Assembly: GCA_031547045.1 (NCBI GenBank)
Contig: JAVBSN010000027.1
Location: 13,933-77,932 of the forward strand
DNA from: Lachnospiraceae bacterium
GTDB lineage: Bacteria; Bacillota; Clostridia; Lachnospirales; Lachnospiraceae
DNA length: 64,000 bases
Direction of reading: 5' to 3'
Shown here: piece after piece, positions 1 through 8,556 of the stretch
How the letters are laid out: each line of letters opens with the position of its first letter
Numbering within the stretch: position 1 is the first letter of the stretch
The notes under the pieces: model-generated
The model's input: only the letters and a program-made list of their open reading frames with translations
What the model was told of the DNA's origin: nothing
Databases searched by the model: none
Position numbers and translations under genes: made by a program

Positions 1-31
1 TTTTACACATATACAAAAGAGGGGCAAAGAC

Positions 32-1690
32 ATGGAAAAGTTAAAACCAAAGTTATTTTCGGTTATGAAAACTTATACAAAGGAACAATTTATAAAAGAT
101 ATAATTGCAGGAATTATAGTAGCCATTATTGCATTACCTTTATCAATTGCACTAGCAATCGCATCTGGAGTAGCACCAGAGCAGGGAATATATACGGCTA
201 TTACAGCAGGATTTGTAATATCATTTTTAGGTGGAAGTAGAGTTCAAATATCAGGGCCTACAGCAGCATTTGCAACTATAGTAGCGGGAATAGTAGCTCA
301 GCATGGAATAAGTGGGTTAGCAATAGCTACAATTATGGCAGGAATATTATTAATTGCAATGGGATTATTAAAACTTGGAAGCCTTTTAAAATATATACCA
401 TATACAATTACAACTGGATTTACATCAGGAATAGCAATAACAATATTAGTAGGTCAATTAAAAGATTTTTTGGGATTAACAATAGTAAGTGATGAACCAA
501 TTATAGAGACAGTAGAGAAATTAGAAGCAGTTATTAAATTTATTGATACTATTAATTGGCAGGCAGTATTAGTTGGAGTGATATGTCTTGCAATTCTTAT
601 ATTATGGCCGTTACTACCAGGATTTTTTAAGAAGATACCAGCATCATTAATAGCAATTATAGTAAGTATTTTTATGGTGTGGTTTATGGATATGAAAGTA
701 AATACAATTGGAGATTTATATGACATCTCAAATAAATTACCAGTATTTACAGCACCAGAAATAAAATTTGCTACCATTAGAAAACTATTTCCAGATGCAG
801 TAACCATAGCAGTATTAGCAGCAATAGAATCTTTATTATCATGTGTTGTATCAGATAATATGGTAAATAGCAAGCACCGTTCAAATATGGAATTGATTGC
901 TCAAGGAGCAGGAAATATTACCGCTGCATTATTTGGAGGAATTCCAGCAACAGGGGCGATTGCAAGAACAGCGGCCAATGTGAAAAATGGTGGACGCACA
1001 CCTATTTCAGGTATGGTACACTCAGCAACATTATTATTAATATTGGTAGTGTTAATGCCATATGCAGCATTAATTCCAATGCCGGCAATAGCAGTAATTT
1101 TATTTATGGTAGCCTACAATATGTCAGAGTGGAAGGAGTTTCTTCATTTATGCAAGACAGCACCTAAAAGTGATATTATTGTGTTAGTAACAACATTTAT
1201 ACTAACAGTGTTATTCGACTTAGTAATTGCAATAGAGATAGGTGTTATATTGGCAGCAGTTTTATTTATGAAACGTATGAGTGAAGTTACAGAAGTTGAA
1301 GGTTGGAAATATATTGGTGATGACAGTGACGAAGAGGATGATCCTGAAAATATTGCTCTTCGTGAAGTTCCAAAGCATACCCTAGTATATGAGATAACAG
1401 GGCCTATGTTTTTTGGAGCAGCAGATAAGATACTTGACATACAGGTAGATGAAAAATGTAGATGTTTAATTCTTAGAATGCGTGGTGTAACAGCTATTGA
1501 TTCAACAGCTATGAATAACATGGAACAATTATATGCAAAATGTGAGAAGTGTAAGATAACATTAATCTTGTCCCATGTAAATGTTCAACCACTTTCTATT
1601 ATTCATAAAAGTGGATTTGATGAAAAAATAGGAATAGAAAATATATGTGCAAATGTAGACTCAGCAATTAAACGTGCAGAGGAATTATAG
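32..1690 (+). CDS. SulP-family anion permease with C-terminal STAS domain
   Basis: 552-aa ORF with many hydrophobic segments and SulP-like motifs (GGSRVQISGPT, GIPATGAIARTAANV). Soluble STAS-like tail. AGAGGGG SD 7 nt before the ATG. Confidence 0.85.
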   Translation: MEKLKPKLFSVMKTYTKEQFIKDIIAGIIVAIIALPLSIALAIASGVAPEQGIYTAITAGFVISFLGGSRVQISGPTAAFATIVAGIVAQHGISGLAIATIMAGILLIAMGLLKLGSLLKYIPYTITTGFTSGIAITILVGQLKDFLGLTIVSDEPIIETVEKLEAVIKFIDTINWQAVLVGVICLAILILWPLLPGFFKKIPASLIAIIVSIFMVWFMDMKVNTIGDLYDISNKLPVFTAPEIKFATIRKLFPDAVTIAVLAAIESLLSCVVSDNMVNSKHRSNMELIAQGAGNITAALFGGIPATGAIARTAANVKNGGRTPISGMVHSATLLLILVVLMPYAALIPMPAIAVILFMVAYNMSEWKEFLHLCKTAPKSDIIVLVTTFILTVLFDLVIAIEIGVILAAVLFMKRMSEVTEVEGWKYIGDDSDEEDDPENIALREVPKHTLVYEITGPMFFGAADKILDIQVDEKCRCLILRMRGVTAIDSTAMNNMEQLYAKCEKCKITLILSHVNVQPLSIIHKSGFDEKIGIENICANVDSAIKRAEEL

Positions 1691-1695
1691 ATATA

Positions 1696-2256
1696 TTAAT
1701 AAGTATCCTCTAAACTAGTCATGTATAGTTCATATTCCCAACGAGTTTCTTCAGAAAATTTAGAATATTCATTATCTCTATCAGCAGTAAAATATTCATC
1801 GTGTAATCTTTGTTGAGATAAAGTTTGATAGCCAGAGCGAATAGCTCTGGTATATCTTTCTAGACAAGTGGTTTTTAAATAGTCTAGATCACCAAAGCAT
1901 ATTTCTTCAAACTGTTTTTTCATAAATTCAAGTAATTCAGAATCTGTTAAATCATCCATAGATTCATTTTTAAACATATAAAAGATTTCTTGCAATTCGG
2001 CAATAGTAGCAACATAACTATCTTGAGTAATATATTGAGAATCGCAAAAGGCATATATTAACTCAGGCAATATACTGCTGCCAAATTCAACTCGTCTTTC
2101 GTCTTTTAAAGTCTGCTTCTTAACTACAGTTAATTCTGTGGCCTCTTCTTCAGATAAAGCTAGACCAAATCTAGCAGTTTTAGTATTACATTCAAGAACA
2201 GTTTGGAGTTCATGTTTCTGATTTTCAAGCATCATAAGTTCAAACATATTATCCAT
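1696..2256 (-). CDS. Uncharacterised acidic soluble protein (Clostridia-restricted family, DUF6323-like from memory)
   Basis: 186-aa ORF. The ATG is preceded by a GGGGGG SD lying in the last codons of the upstream gene (5-nt gap). No TM segment. Contains ILPELIYAFCDSQYI and FYMFKNE blocks. Confidence 0.6.
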   Translation of the reverse strand: MDNMFELMMLENQKHELQTVLECNTKTARFGLALSEEEATELTVVKKQTLKDERRVEFGSSILPELIYAFCDSQYITQDSYVATIAELQEIFYMFKNESMDDLTDSELLEFMKKQFEEICFGDLDYLKTTCLERYTRAIRSGYQTLSQQRLHDEYFTADRDNEYSKFSEETRWEYELYMTSLEDTY

Positions 2257-2261
2257 AAATA

Positions 2262-2858
2262 TTACCCCCCTTGGTTAATTACAATTTCAGAAATATTAAT
2301 ATACAAGTTTTCATAATCATGGTTATATTCATTCAAACTATCCTTAATATATTCTTCTGGATATTGATTAAGAGACTTCTGTTCTGCCACAATCCATTTA
2401 AGATATTCATACATTAAATCAATACCTTGTAAATGGTGCAGATCCTTCAAAATAGGATAATCATATAAAATAATATTATTTTGAGGATTAAGTTTTGGAT
2501 CGTACCATTTAAAAAATTCAGGAATGCCCTCTACTATTGTTTCCTTATAAGCAACATTATCATAATGATTAAAATCAAGAATTAGATTATTATATATATT
2601 ATGAGCAGACTTAATCTTATCTATAACCAAACTGTATCCAATGTTATAAGCTTCACCAGCAGAAATATGAATAGATTGGTCTACAAGTTCATCACGATTA
2701 CTAATATTACTTGAATTAGTATATTCATTTATACAATAAATAATAGCTCCCATTAATTGTTCAGCAACCTCATAAGTAATAGATGTACTTGACTTTCCGG
2801 TGTACTTTTCTGACAATTCTTTCACTAAAATATATAAGTCTTCAATTTTATAATTCAC
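2262..2858 (-). CDS. Uncharacterised soluble protein (DUF6179-like from memory), translationally coupled to 1696-2256
   Basis: 198-aa ORF. GTG start with an AGGGGTG SD 5 nt upstream. No TM segment or recognisable catalytic motif. Confidence 0.55.
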   Translation of the reverse strand: MNYKIEDLYILVKELSEKYTGKSSTSITYEVAEQLMGAIIYCINEYTNSSNISNRDELVDQSIHISAGEAYNIGYSLVIDKIKSAHNIYNNLILDFNHYDNVAYKETIVEGIPEFFKWYDPKLNPQNNIILYDYPILKDLHHLQGIDLMYEYLKWIVAEQKSLNQYPEEYIKDSLNEYNHDYENLYINISEIVINQGG

Positions 2859-2961
2859 TAGATCACCCCTATAATATTATATAATAAGTATTAATCTACT
2901 ACAGAGAAAAATACTATACAAGACTAGAAAAAATTCCTGTTTTATGTTATACTATAAATAG

Positions 2962-2989
2962 AAAAAGGGGCTATATTCAGCCCCCTTTT
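2962..2989 (-). terminator. Intrinsic terminator of the 2994-3302 gene (hairpin usable on both strands)
   Basis: On the minus strand: GGGGGCT-gaatat-AGCCCC followed by TTTTT, 5 nt after the stop codon. Confidence 0.65.
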
Positions 2990-2993
2990 AATA

Positions 2994-3302
2994 TTAATAA
3001 TCTTTTTTCATTGATATTGATGGAAGATTGCCAAGGTTATTACTTTCTGTTCCGTCAGGTATAGATTTTAAATATTCCTCATCTTTTCTGTGAGCAATAC
3101 CAACATCTTTAATTTCACCTTGTTTTGCAAGGGCAACACCATCTACCTTATCTACAATATTTCCGTCTGATAATTTGTAACCAGTGACTCTTCCACTTTC
3201 TTTTACAAGAGCAACAATTTCCTTTGCATCAGCTTTAGCTGTTGGAATATCATCTAATGCTTGTAAAGGAAGAGCTTTTAAATGATTATTATCTTCATTC
3301 AT
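2994..3302 (-). CDS. Small DUF3892-like protein
   Basis: The ATG at 3302 has GGAGG 8 nt upstream; the ORF-track TTG at 3317 overlaps that SD. The C-terminal EYLKSIPDGTESNNLGNLP resembles the DUF3892 tail (..D....DNLGNLP), recalled from memory. Confidence 0.55.
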   Translation of the reverse strand: MNEDNNHLKALPLQALDDIPTAKADAKEIVALVKESGRVTGYKLSDGNIVDKVDGVALAKQGEIKDVGIAHRKDEEYLKSIPDGTESNNLGNLPSISMKKDY

Positions 3303-3388
3303 AAATATGTCCTCCAATTATAATAATATAGTTATTTTCTCTTATAATAGAGGAACTATTCATTAAGATTAAATATTTTAACACTATA

Positions 3389-4297
3389 TTATCTAGAACA
3401 TGGTCTTCGATATTTTTTTCTCTTTTTAAATCTGTGCATTCTTAGAGAATTACGGAATGCAAATGGTAAGAAATAGTATAAATATAATAATCTATCTAGG
3501 GAAGAACAAAATGGATTAGTTATCATTAAAAACAATTTGCAAAATATTCTGTTTTTGAATTGAGAATAGATAGATAATATGCGCCTAAAACAATTGTTCC
3601 TTGAATTATGAGAAGTTATAAATGTAAAATTAACTCGTAGCCCGCAAATAGTAATAGAACATTTTTTATATCCACTATTCATTAAAGATTCAGTAAATGC
3701 GCTCATCATTTCGTAATCAGGAAAAGTTATAGATATATCCATTATTAAATTACTAGGCCTAGAAAAAAGTCCCATACAAAAACTAGTTAACCACCAATGT
3801 CTATCACGAACAAAGGCAAGATGTTCATTATGTCCATATAGATGAAAAGAAAAATCTAGCATTTCTTCAGGGTCAGCACCATAGAAAATAGTTTTTGCTA
3901 AATCCTTAGTTGGAACAATGGAATCAGCATGATATATACCTATTTCACCACCAGTATTAATTCCATATTGCCCTTTCCAAAACTCTAGCAACCAAGTCCT
4001 ATTATCATAATCAAAATATATTGGTTCAGCATCAAATACCATTGAAAAAAATGCTGCAGCCTTATCATAGAAAGTTATATATCCAAAATCTTTTTGCCAT
4101 GCATCTAATGTAGTAGAAAAAGTGTCCCAGTGTGAATTATAAGTATATCCTAGAGGTTCTACTAGTTCATTTAACAACTTACATTTTGCGGCAATAGACA
4201 TACAACATATTTTACATATAATTTTACGCCTTTTAAAGAACATGATAATGCTTAATAAGCCTAATATAAAAATTAGAAAACCAAATATAAAATACAT
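3389..4297 (-). CDS. DUF4474-like membrane-anchored protein
   Basis: 302 aa with an N-terminal TM helix. The block FGYITFYDKAAAFFSMVFDAEPIYFDYDNRTWLLEFWKGQYGINTGGEIGIY matches my memory of DUF4474. Basic C-terminal tail. Confidence 0.6.
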   Translation of the reverse strand: MYFIFGFLIFILGLLSIIMFFKRRKIICKICCMSIAAKCKLLNELVEPLGYTYNSHWDTFSTTLDAWQKDFGYITFYDKAAAFFSMVFDAEPIYFDYDNRTWLLEFWKGQYGINTGGEIGIYHADSIVPTKDLAKTIFYGADPEEMLDFSFHLYGHNEHLAFVRDRHWWLTSFCMGLFSRPSNLIMDISITFPDYEMMSAFTESLMNSGYKKCSITICGLRVNFTFITSHNSRNNCFRRILSIYSQFKNRIFCKLFLMITNPFCSSLDRLLYLYYFLPFAFRNSLRMHRFKKRKKYRRPCSR

Positions 4298-4369
4298 AAT
4301 TGTATTCCTTTCACGTTCTTAATTTATCTTATGCAAAAATAGTGTTAAGGTGTAAAAGTTTGTCAAACC

Positions 4370-4398
4370 ATGAAAGTTAGATTATATATAAGAATTAA
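4370..4398 (+). promoter_or_regulatory. Candidate sigma-A promoter of the GGDEF-hydrogenase unit
   Basis: TTGTCA-17 nt-TATATA, about 85 nt upstream of the ATG at 4483. Confidence 0.35.
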
Positions 4399-4482
4399 TT
4401 TAAATATAAAGTTAACTTGCTTGTATAATTTGCAAATATGAATATAATAGAATTATTAGGGAAAATATATTGAGGGTAAAAA

Positions 4483-6204
4483 ATGCAAGAACAAAATATT
4501 AAAAAATACAAATTAAATTATAGAAAAATCACATTGATAATGTATCTTATGGTAGTACTTGTAATGGTTATTTTGCTTATAGGAAATATCCTATTAAGAG
4601 ATAAGAAAGAAGACTTTTATGGATTAGGAAGTTACATAGATGTAACAGATAGCATAGTTGATAATCAGGGTGAAGTAGTAGATTTTTCAGAGATTAGAGG
4701 AATAGATGATACACTAAGTGTATTTTATACAATTCCCGATAATCTTAATAGTGACCAAGGATTGATATTTAGAAGTAAAAATGCATTTGTTTCAGTCTAC
4801 ATTGATAATAAGCAAGTGTATAGCACAGATATAACTAATGCACCATTTTACAATCATTCTCCAGGTACAAGATGGAATATTGTAAATATTAATGAAGAAG
4901 ATGCAGGTAAGGAAGTAGAGATAGTAATTAACATGGCTTATGAAGATGGTCGAGTAAAGATTGATAGTGCTTATTTAGGGAGTAAAGATAGTATAATTAT
5001 AAATATAATAGGTTCCAAATCAGTAGGTCTTTTGATAAGTATATTTATGCTTTTTGTAGGTGTTTTATATTTAATAGCTAATATTGTTGTTAATTGGAAT
5101 GTTAAGAAGAGAGATTATAGTATACTATACTTAGGGTTATTTGCTATTTGTTGTTCTATATGGTGTATGCTTGAAACAAATATATTTCAACTATTCTCTA
5201 ATAATTTAAGGCAGATTCAGGTTATAGATAATATGATGCTAGTAGCTGGTGGAATTCCTTTGTTTTTATATATGGATTCTAATTATAATACATTTAAAAA
5301 TAAGTTTGTAAAGTTTTTATGTGGAGTAAATCTAGTATATATAATATTAGCTACAATATTTCAATTATGTAACCTATGGGATTACCATCAAACATTAAAT
5401 GGTGCGATTATAACTTATGGTTTTGCTAGCATAATACTAGTAATTTCTATAGTTAAGCAGGCAATAAGATATAGAAAAAATATAAACGGAATAGACATTT
5501 CAATAATATTTCAGCAGATAGGTATAGTAATATTAGCAATCTCTGTATTTATTGAATTTGTAAGATATTTATCTAAAGATGTACTTGATAGAGCATTTGT
5601 AATAAGAGTAGGATTATTGCTTTGTATTATTTGTCTAGGAGCAGGAAATATATACAGAATGATTCAGTTAATGAAACAGGGTGCTAGAGCTGAACTTATA
5701 AGTAAACTAGCTTATGAAGACGGTTTAACTGAATTAGGAAATAGAACTGCATATATTGAGAAAATAAATAACATTACAGAAAAATCAGATGATGACAAAT
5801 TAGGAATGGTAGTATTAGATATTAATAATCTTAAATTTACTAATGATAAATGGGGTCATTCATCAGGAGATGATTTAATAAAAGTATGTGGTAAAATTAT
5901 TGCTAATTCTTTTGGTAAAGTTGGTAGTGTTTATAGAATTGGTGGAGATGAATTTGTCGTATTAATATCTGATGAAGATCCTAGAGATAAGTATAATAAA
6001 ACAATTGATATATTTAATGAGTTAATTATAGAATATAATCAGATTGAAGAATATCCATTTAAAATATCTATGGCTCAAGGTGTAGCATACTGTGATATTA
6101 TTAATGCAGAAAGCATATCAAACCTTGAAAAAGAAGCAGATAGTAAAATGTATGAAAATAAAAAAGAAATAAAAGCAAATGCTAAGGAGGAGAATTATGC
6201 TTGA
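4483..6204 (+). CDS. Membrane-bound diguanylate cyclase (GGDEF) with a large N-terminal sensor/7-TM region
   Basis: 573 aa: one N-terminal TM, an extracytoplasmic domain of about 140 aa, multiple TM helices, then a GGDEF domain (LTELGNR ... RIGGDEF). No RxxD I-site 5 residues upstream of GGDEF. Confidence 0.85.
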   Translation: MQEQNIKKYKLNYRKITLIMYLMVVLVMVILLIGNILLRDKKEDFYGLGSYIDVTDSIVDNQGEVVDFSEIRGIDDTLSVFYTIPDNLNSDQGLIFRSKNAFVSVYIDNKQVYSTDITNAPFYNHSPGTRWNIVNINEEDAGKEVEIVINMAYEDGRVKIDSAYLGSKDSIIINIIGSKSVGLLISIFMLFVGVLYLIANIVVNWNVKKRDYSILYLGLFAICCSIWCMLETNIFQLFSNNLRQIQVIDNMMLVAGGIPLFLYMDSNYNTFKNKFVKFLCGVNLVYIILATIFQLCNLWDYHQTLNGAIITYGFASIILVISIVKQAIRYRKNINGIDISIIFQQIGIVILAISVFIEFVRYLSKDVLDRAFVIRVGLLLCIICLGAGNIYRMIQLMKQGARAELISKLAYEDGLTELGNRTAYIEKINNITEKSDDDKLGMVVLDINNLKFTNDKWGHSSGDDLIKVCGKIIANSFGKVGSVYRIGGDEFVVLISDEDPRDKYNKTIDIFNELIIEYNQIEEYPFKISMAQGVAYCDIINAESISNLEKEADSKMYENKKEIKANAKEENYA

Positions 6205-6682
6205 CAAAACATATTATGATAAAGCAGATGAGATTATTGGTTTATATGGTACAGAGCCAAGATGGCTTATACCTATTATTCAAGATGTTCAGACAGAATA
6301 TAGGTACTTACCACCCCAGTTGCTTACATATATAGCTAGTAAACTTAACATTACTGAAGCAAAAGCTTATAGTGTTGCAACATTTTATGAGAATTTTTCT
6401 TTTGAGAAAAAGGGAAAATATATTATAAGAGTTTGTGATGGAACAGCATGTCATGTTAGAAAATCAATGTCTATACTTGAGAGACTTAATAAGGAATTGG
6501 GTTTATCAAAGGATAAGAATACTACAGAAGACATGCTATTTACAGTTGAAACAGTATCTTGCTTAGGTGCATGCGGATTGGCACCAGTACTTACTGTAAA
6601 TGATGAAGTACACCCTTCAATGACTCCAGAAAAGGTTACAGAGTTAATTAAGAACTTAAGAGAGGGGGAGGCTGAATGTTAA
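6197..6682 (+). CDS. hydC: [FeFe]-hydrogenase NuoE-like [2Fe-2S] subunit (HydC/HndA type)
   Basis: The ATG at 6197 has AAGGAGG 6 nt upstream (the ORF-track ATG at 6179 lacks an SD). Thioredoxin-like 2Fe-2S pattern C..GTAC ... SCLGACGLAP. Confidence 0.85.
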   Translation: MLDKTYYDKADEIIGLYGTEPRWLIPIIQDVQTEYRYLPPQLLTYIASKLNITEAKAYSVATFYENFSFEKKGKYIIRVCDGTACHVRKSMSILERLNKELGLSKDKNTTEDMLFTVETVSCLGACGLAPVLTVNDEVHPSMTPEKVTELIKNLREGEAEC

Positions 6683-8544
6683 CATCAAGAGAGGAACTAA
6701 TTGCAGTTCGTAAATCGGCAGTAGACAATATTAAGGCTCAAGAATGTAGAGTTCTTATTTGTGCAGGAACAGGATGTCTTGCAGGGGGTTCAGCAAAAAT
6801 ATATGAAAAAATGTGTCAGTTAACTGGCAATAATGATAATGTATCTGTTGAATTTGGAAGTGAGATTGCACATGTAGGCATTAAGAAAAGTGGCTGTCAT
6901 GGTTTTTGTGAAATGGGACCTTTGGTTAGAATAGAGCCATATAACTATTTATACATAAAGGTTACAGAGGAAGATTGTGAGGAAATATATAATACAACAA
7001 TATTAGGTGGACAACCTATAGATAGACTTCTATATGAGATGGATGGAGTAAAATACAAAGCTCAAGAAGAGATACCTTTCTACGCAAAACAAACTAGATT
7101 AGTACTTAAGAACTGTGGACATATAGATTCAGAACATATAAATGAATATCTTGCAGTAGGTGGATATGAAGCTTTGGAAAAGGCTTTATTTGAGATGACA
7201 ACTACTGAAATAGTAGATGAAATACTAGAATCTAATCTTCGTGGAAGAGGAGGCGGAGGCTTCCAAACAGGCTATAAGTGGAAACAAGTAGCGAGACAAG
7301 AAGAGAAGACACGTTATGTAGTATGTAACGGTGATGAAGGAGATCCAGGCGCATTTATGGATAGAAGCGTTATGGAGGGCGATCCTCATAAGATGATAGA
7401 AGGTATGATAATAGCAGGTTATGCAGTAGGTGCAGGCGAAGGATATATATATGTACGTGCAGAATATCCTTTAGCAATAAGCAGATTAAAACTTGCTATA
7501 GCTCAAGCAGAAGAATTAGGTATATTAGGTGATAATATATTAGGTTCAGGATATAGCTTCAAACTTCACATTAATAGAGGTGCTGGTGCATTTGTTTGTG
7601 GTGAAGGAAGCGCTCTTACTGCCTCAATTGAAGGTGAGAGAGGTATGCCTAGAACTAAACCACCTCGTACAGTTGAGCAAGGTTTATTTGGAAAGCCAAC
7701 AGTACTTAACAATGTTGAGACTTATGCCAATGTTCCAATGATTATTACAAATGGTGCTGATTGGTATAAGAGTATTGGTACAGAAGGAAGTCCAGGAACC
7801 AAAGCATTTGCAGTAACAGGAAGCATTAATAATACAGGACTTATAGAAGTTCCGATGGGAACAACGCTTAAAGAAATAGTATATGATATAGGTGGTGGAA
7901 TTAAGGCAGGTAAAGAATTCAAGGCAGTTCAGATAGGTGGCCCTTCAGGTGGATGCCTAATAGGAACACATCTTGATATGCCGCTTGATTTTGATTCCTT
8001 AAAGAAGATGGGTGCTATGATAGGTTCAGGTGGACTTGTTATTATGGATGAAGATACTTGTATGGTTGAAGTGTCTAGATTCTTTATGAACTTTACACAA
8101 AATGAAAGCTGTGGAAAATGTGTGCCTTGTCGCGAAGGTACAAAACGTATGCTAGAAATATTAGAAGACATTGTATCTGGAAAAGGAACAATGGAGCAAT
8201 TAGATATGCTTGAAGAATTAGGAACAGCAATAACTGATACAGCCCTTTGTGGATTAGGAAAGAGTGCGGCACTACCGGTATTAAGTACATTAAAATTATT
8301 CCGTAATGAATATGAAGAGCATGTTTTAGAAAAGAAATGCCGTACAGGTACATGTCAGGCACTTAGAAACTATAAGATTATACCTGAGAGCTGTAAGGGT
8401 TGTTCAAAATGTGCTAGAAATTGCCCTGTAGGAGCTATTACAGGAGAACTTAAGAAACCATATACAATAGATACAAGTAAATGTATTAAATGTGGAGCTT
8501 GTGAATCAGACTGCCCATTTGGTGCAATTACTATAGAATGTTAG
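6676..8544 (+). CDS. hydB: [FeFe]-hydrogenase NuoF-like flavoprotein subunit (NADH/FMN binding, Fe-S)
   Basis: 622 aa. GRGGGGFQTGYKW FMN/NADH motif, N-terminal 2Fe-2S module and two C-terminal 4Fe-4S ferredoxin motifs (CKGCSKCARNCP, CIKCGACESDCP). Start overlaps the hydC stop. Confidence 0.9.
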   Translation: MLTSREELIAVRKSAVDNIKAQECRVLICAGTGCLAGGSAKIYEKMCQLTGNNDNVSVEFGSEIAHVGIKKSGCHGFCEMGPLVRIEPYNYLYIKVTEEDCEEIYNTTILGGQPIDRLLYEMDGVKYKAQEEIPFYAKQTRLVLKNCGHIDSEHINEYLAVGGYEALEKALFEMTTTEIVDEILESNLRGRGGGGFQTGYKWKQVARQEEKTRYVVCNGDEGDPGAFMDRSVMEGDPHKMIEGMIIAGYAVGAGEGYIYVRAEYPLAISRLKLAIAQAEELGILGDNILGSGYSFKLHINRGAGAFVCGEGSALTASIEGERGMPRTKPPRTVEQGLFGKPTVLNNVETYANVPMIITNGADWYKSIGTEGSPGTKAFAVTGSINNTGLIEVPMGTTLKEIVYDIGGGIKAGKEFKAVQIGGPSGGCLIGTHLDMPLDFDSLKKMGAMIGSGGLVIMDEDTCMVEVSRFFMNFTQNESCGKCVPCREGTKRMLEILEDIVSGKGTMEQLDMLEELGTAITDTALCGLGKSAALPVLSTLKLFRNEYEEHVLEKKCRTGTCQALRNYKIIPESCKGCSKCARNCPVGAITGELKKPYTIDTSKCIKCGACESDCPFGAITIEC

Positions 8545-8556
8545 GAGGTACTACTA

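Noticed and set aside
3389-3660. The C-terminal 90 residues of the DUF4474-like protein (rich in F, R, C and L with a very basic end) looked like an out-of-frame read-through caused by a frameshift.
   Set aside because: About 90 stop-free codons in AT-rich DNA argue for selection on this frame. The LDRLLYLYYFLPFAFR block looks like a genuine conserved motif, and no alternative frame is open here.
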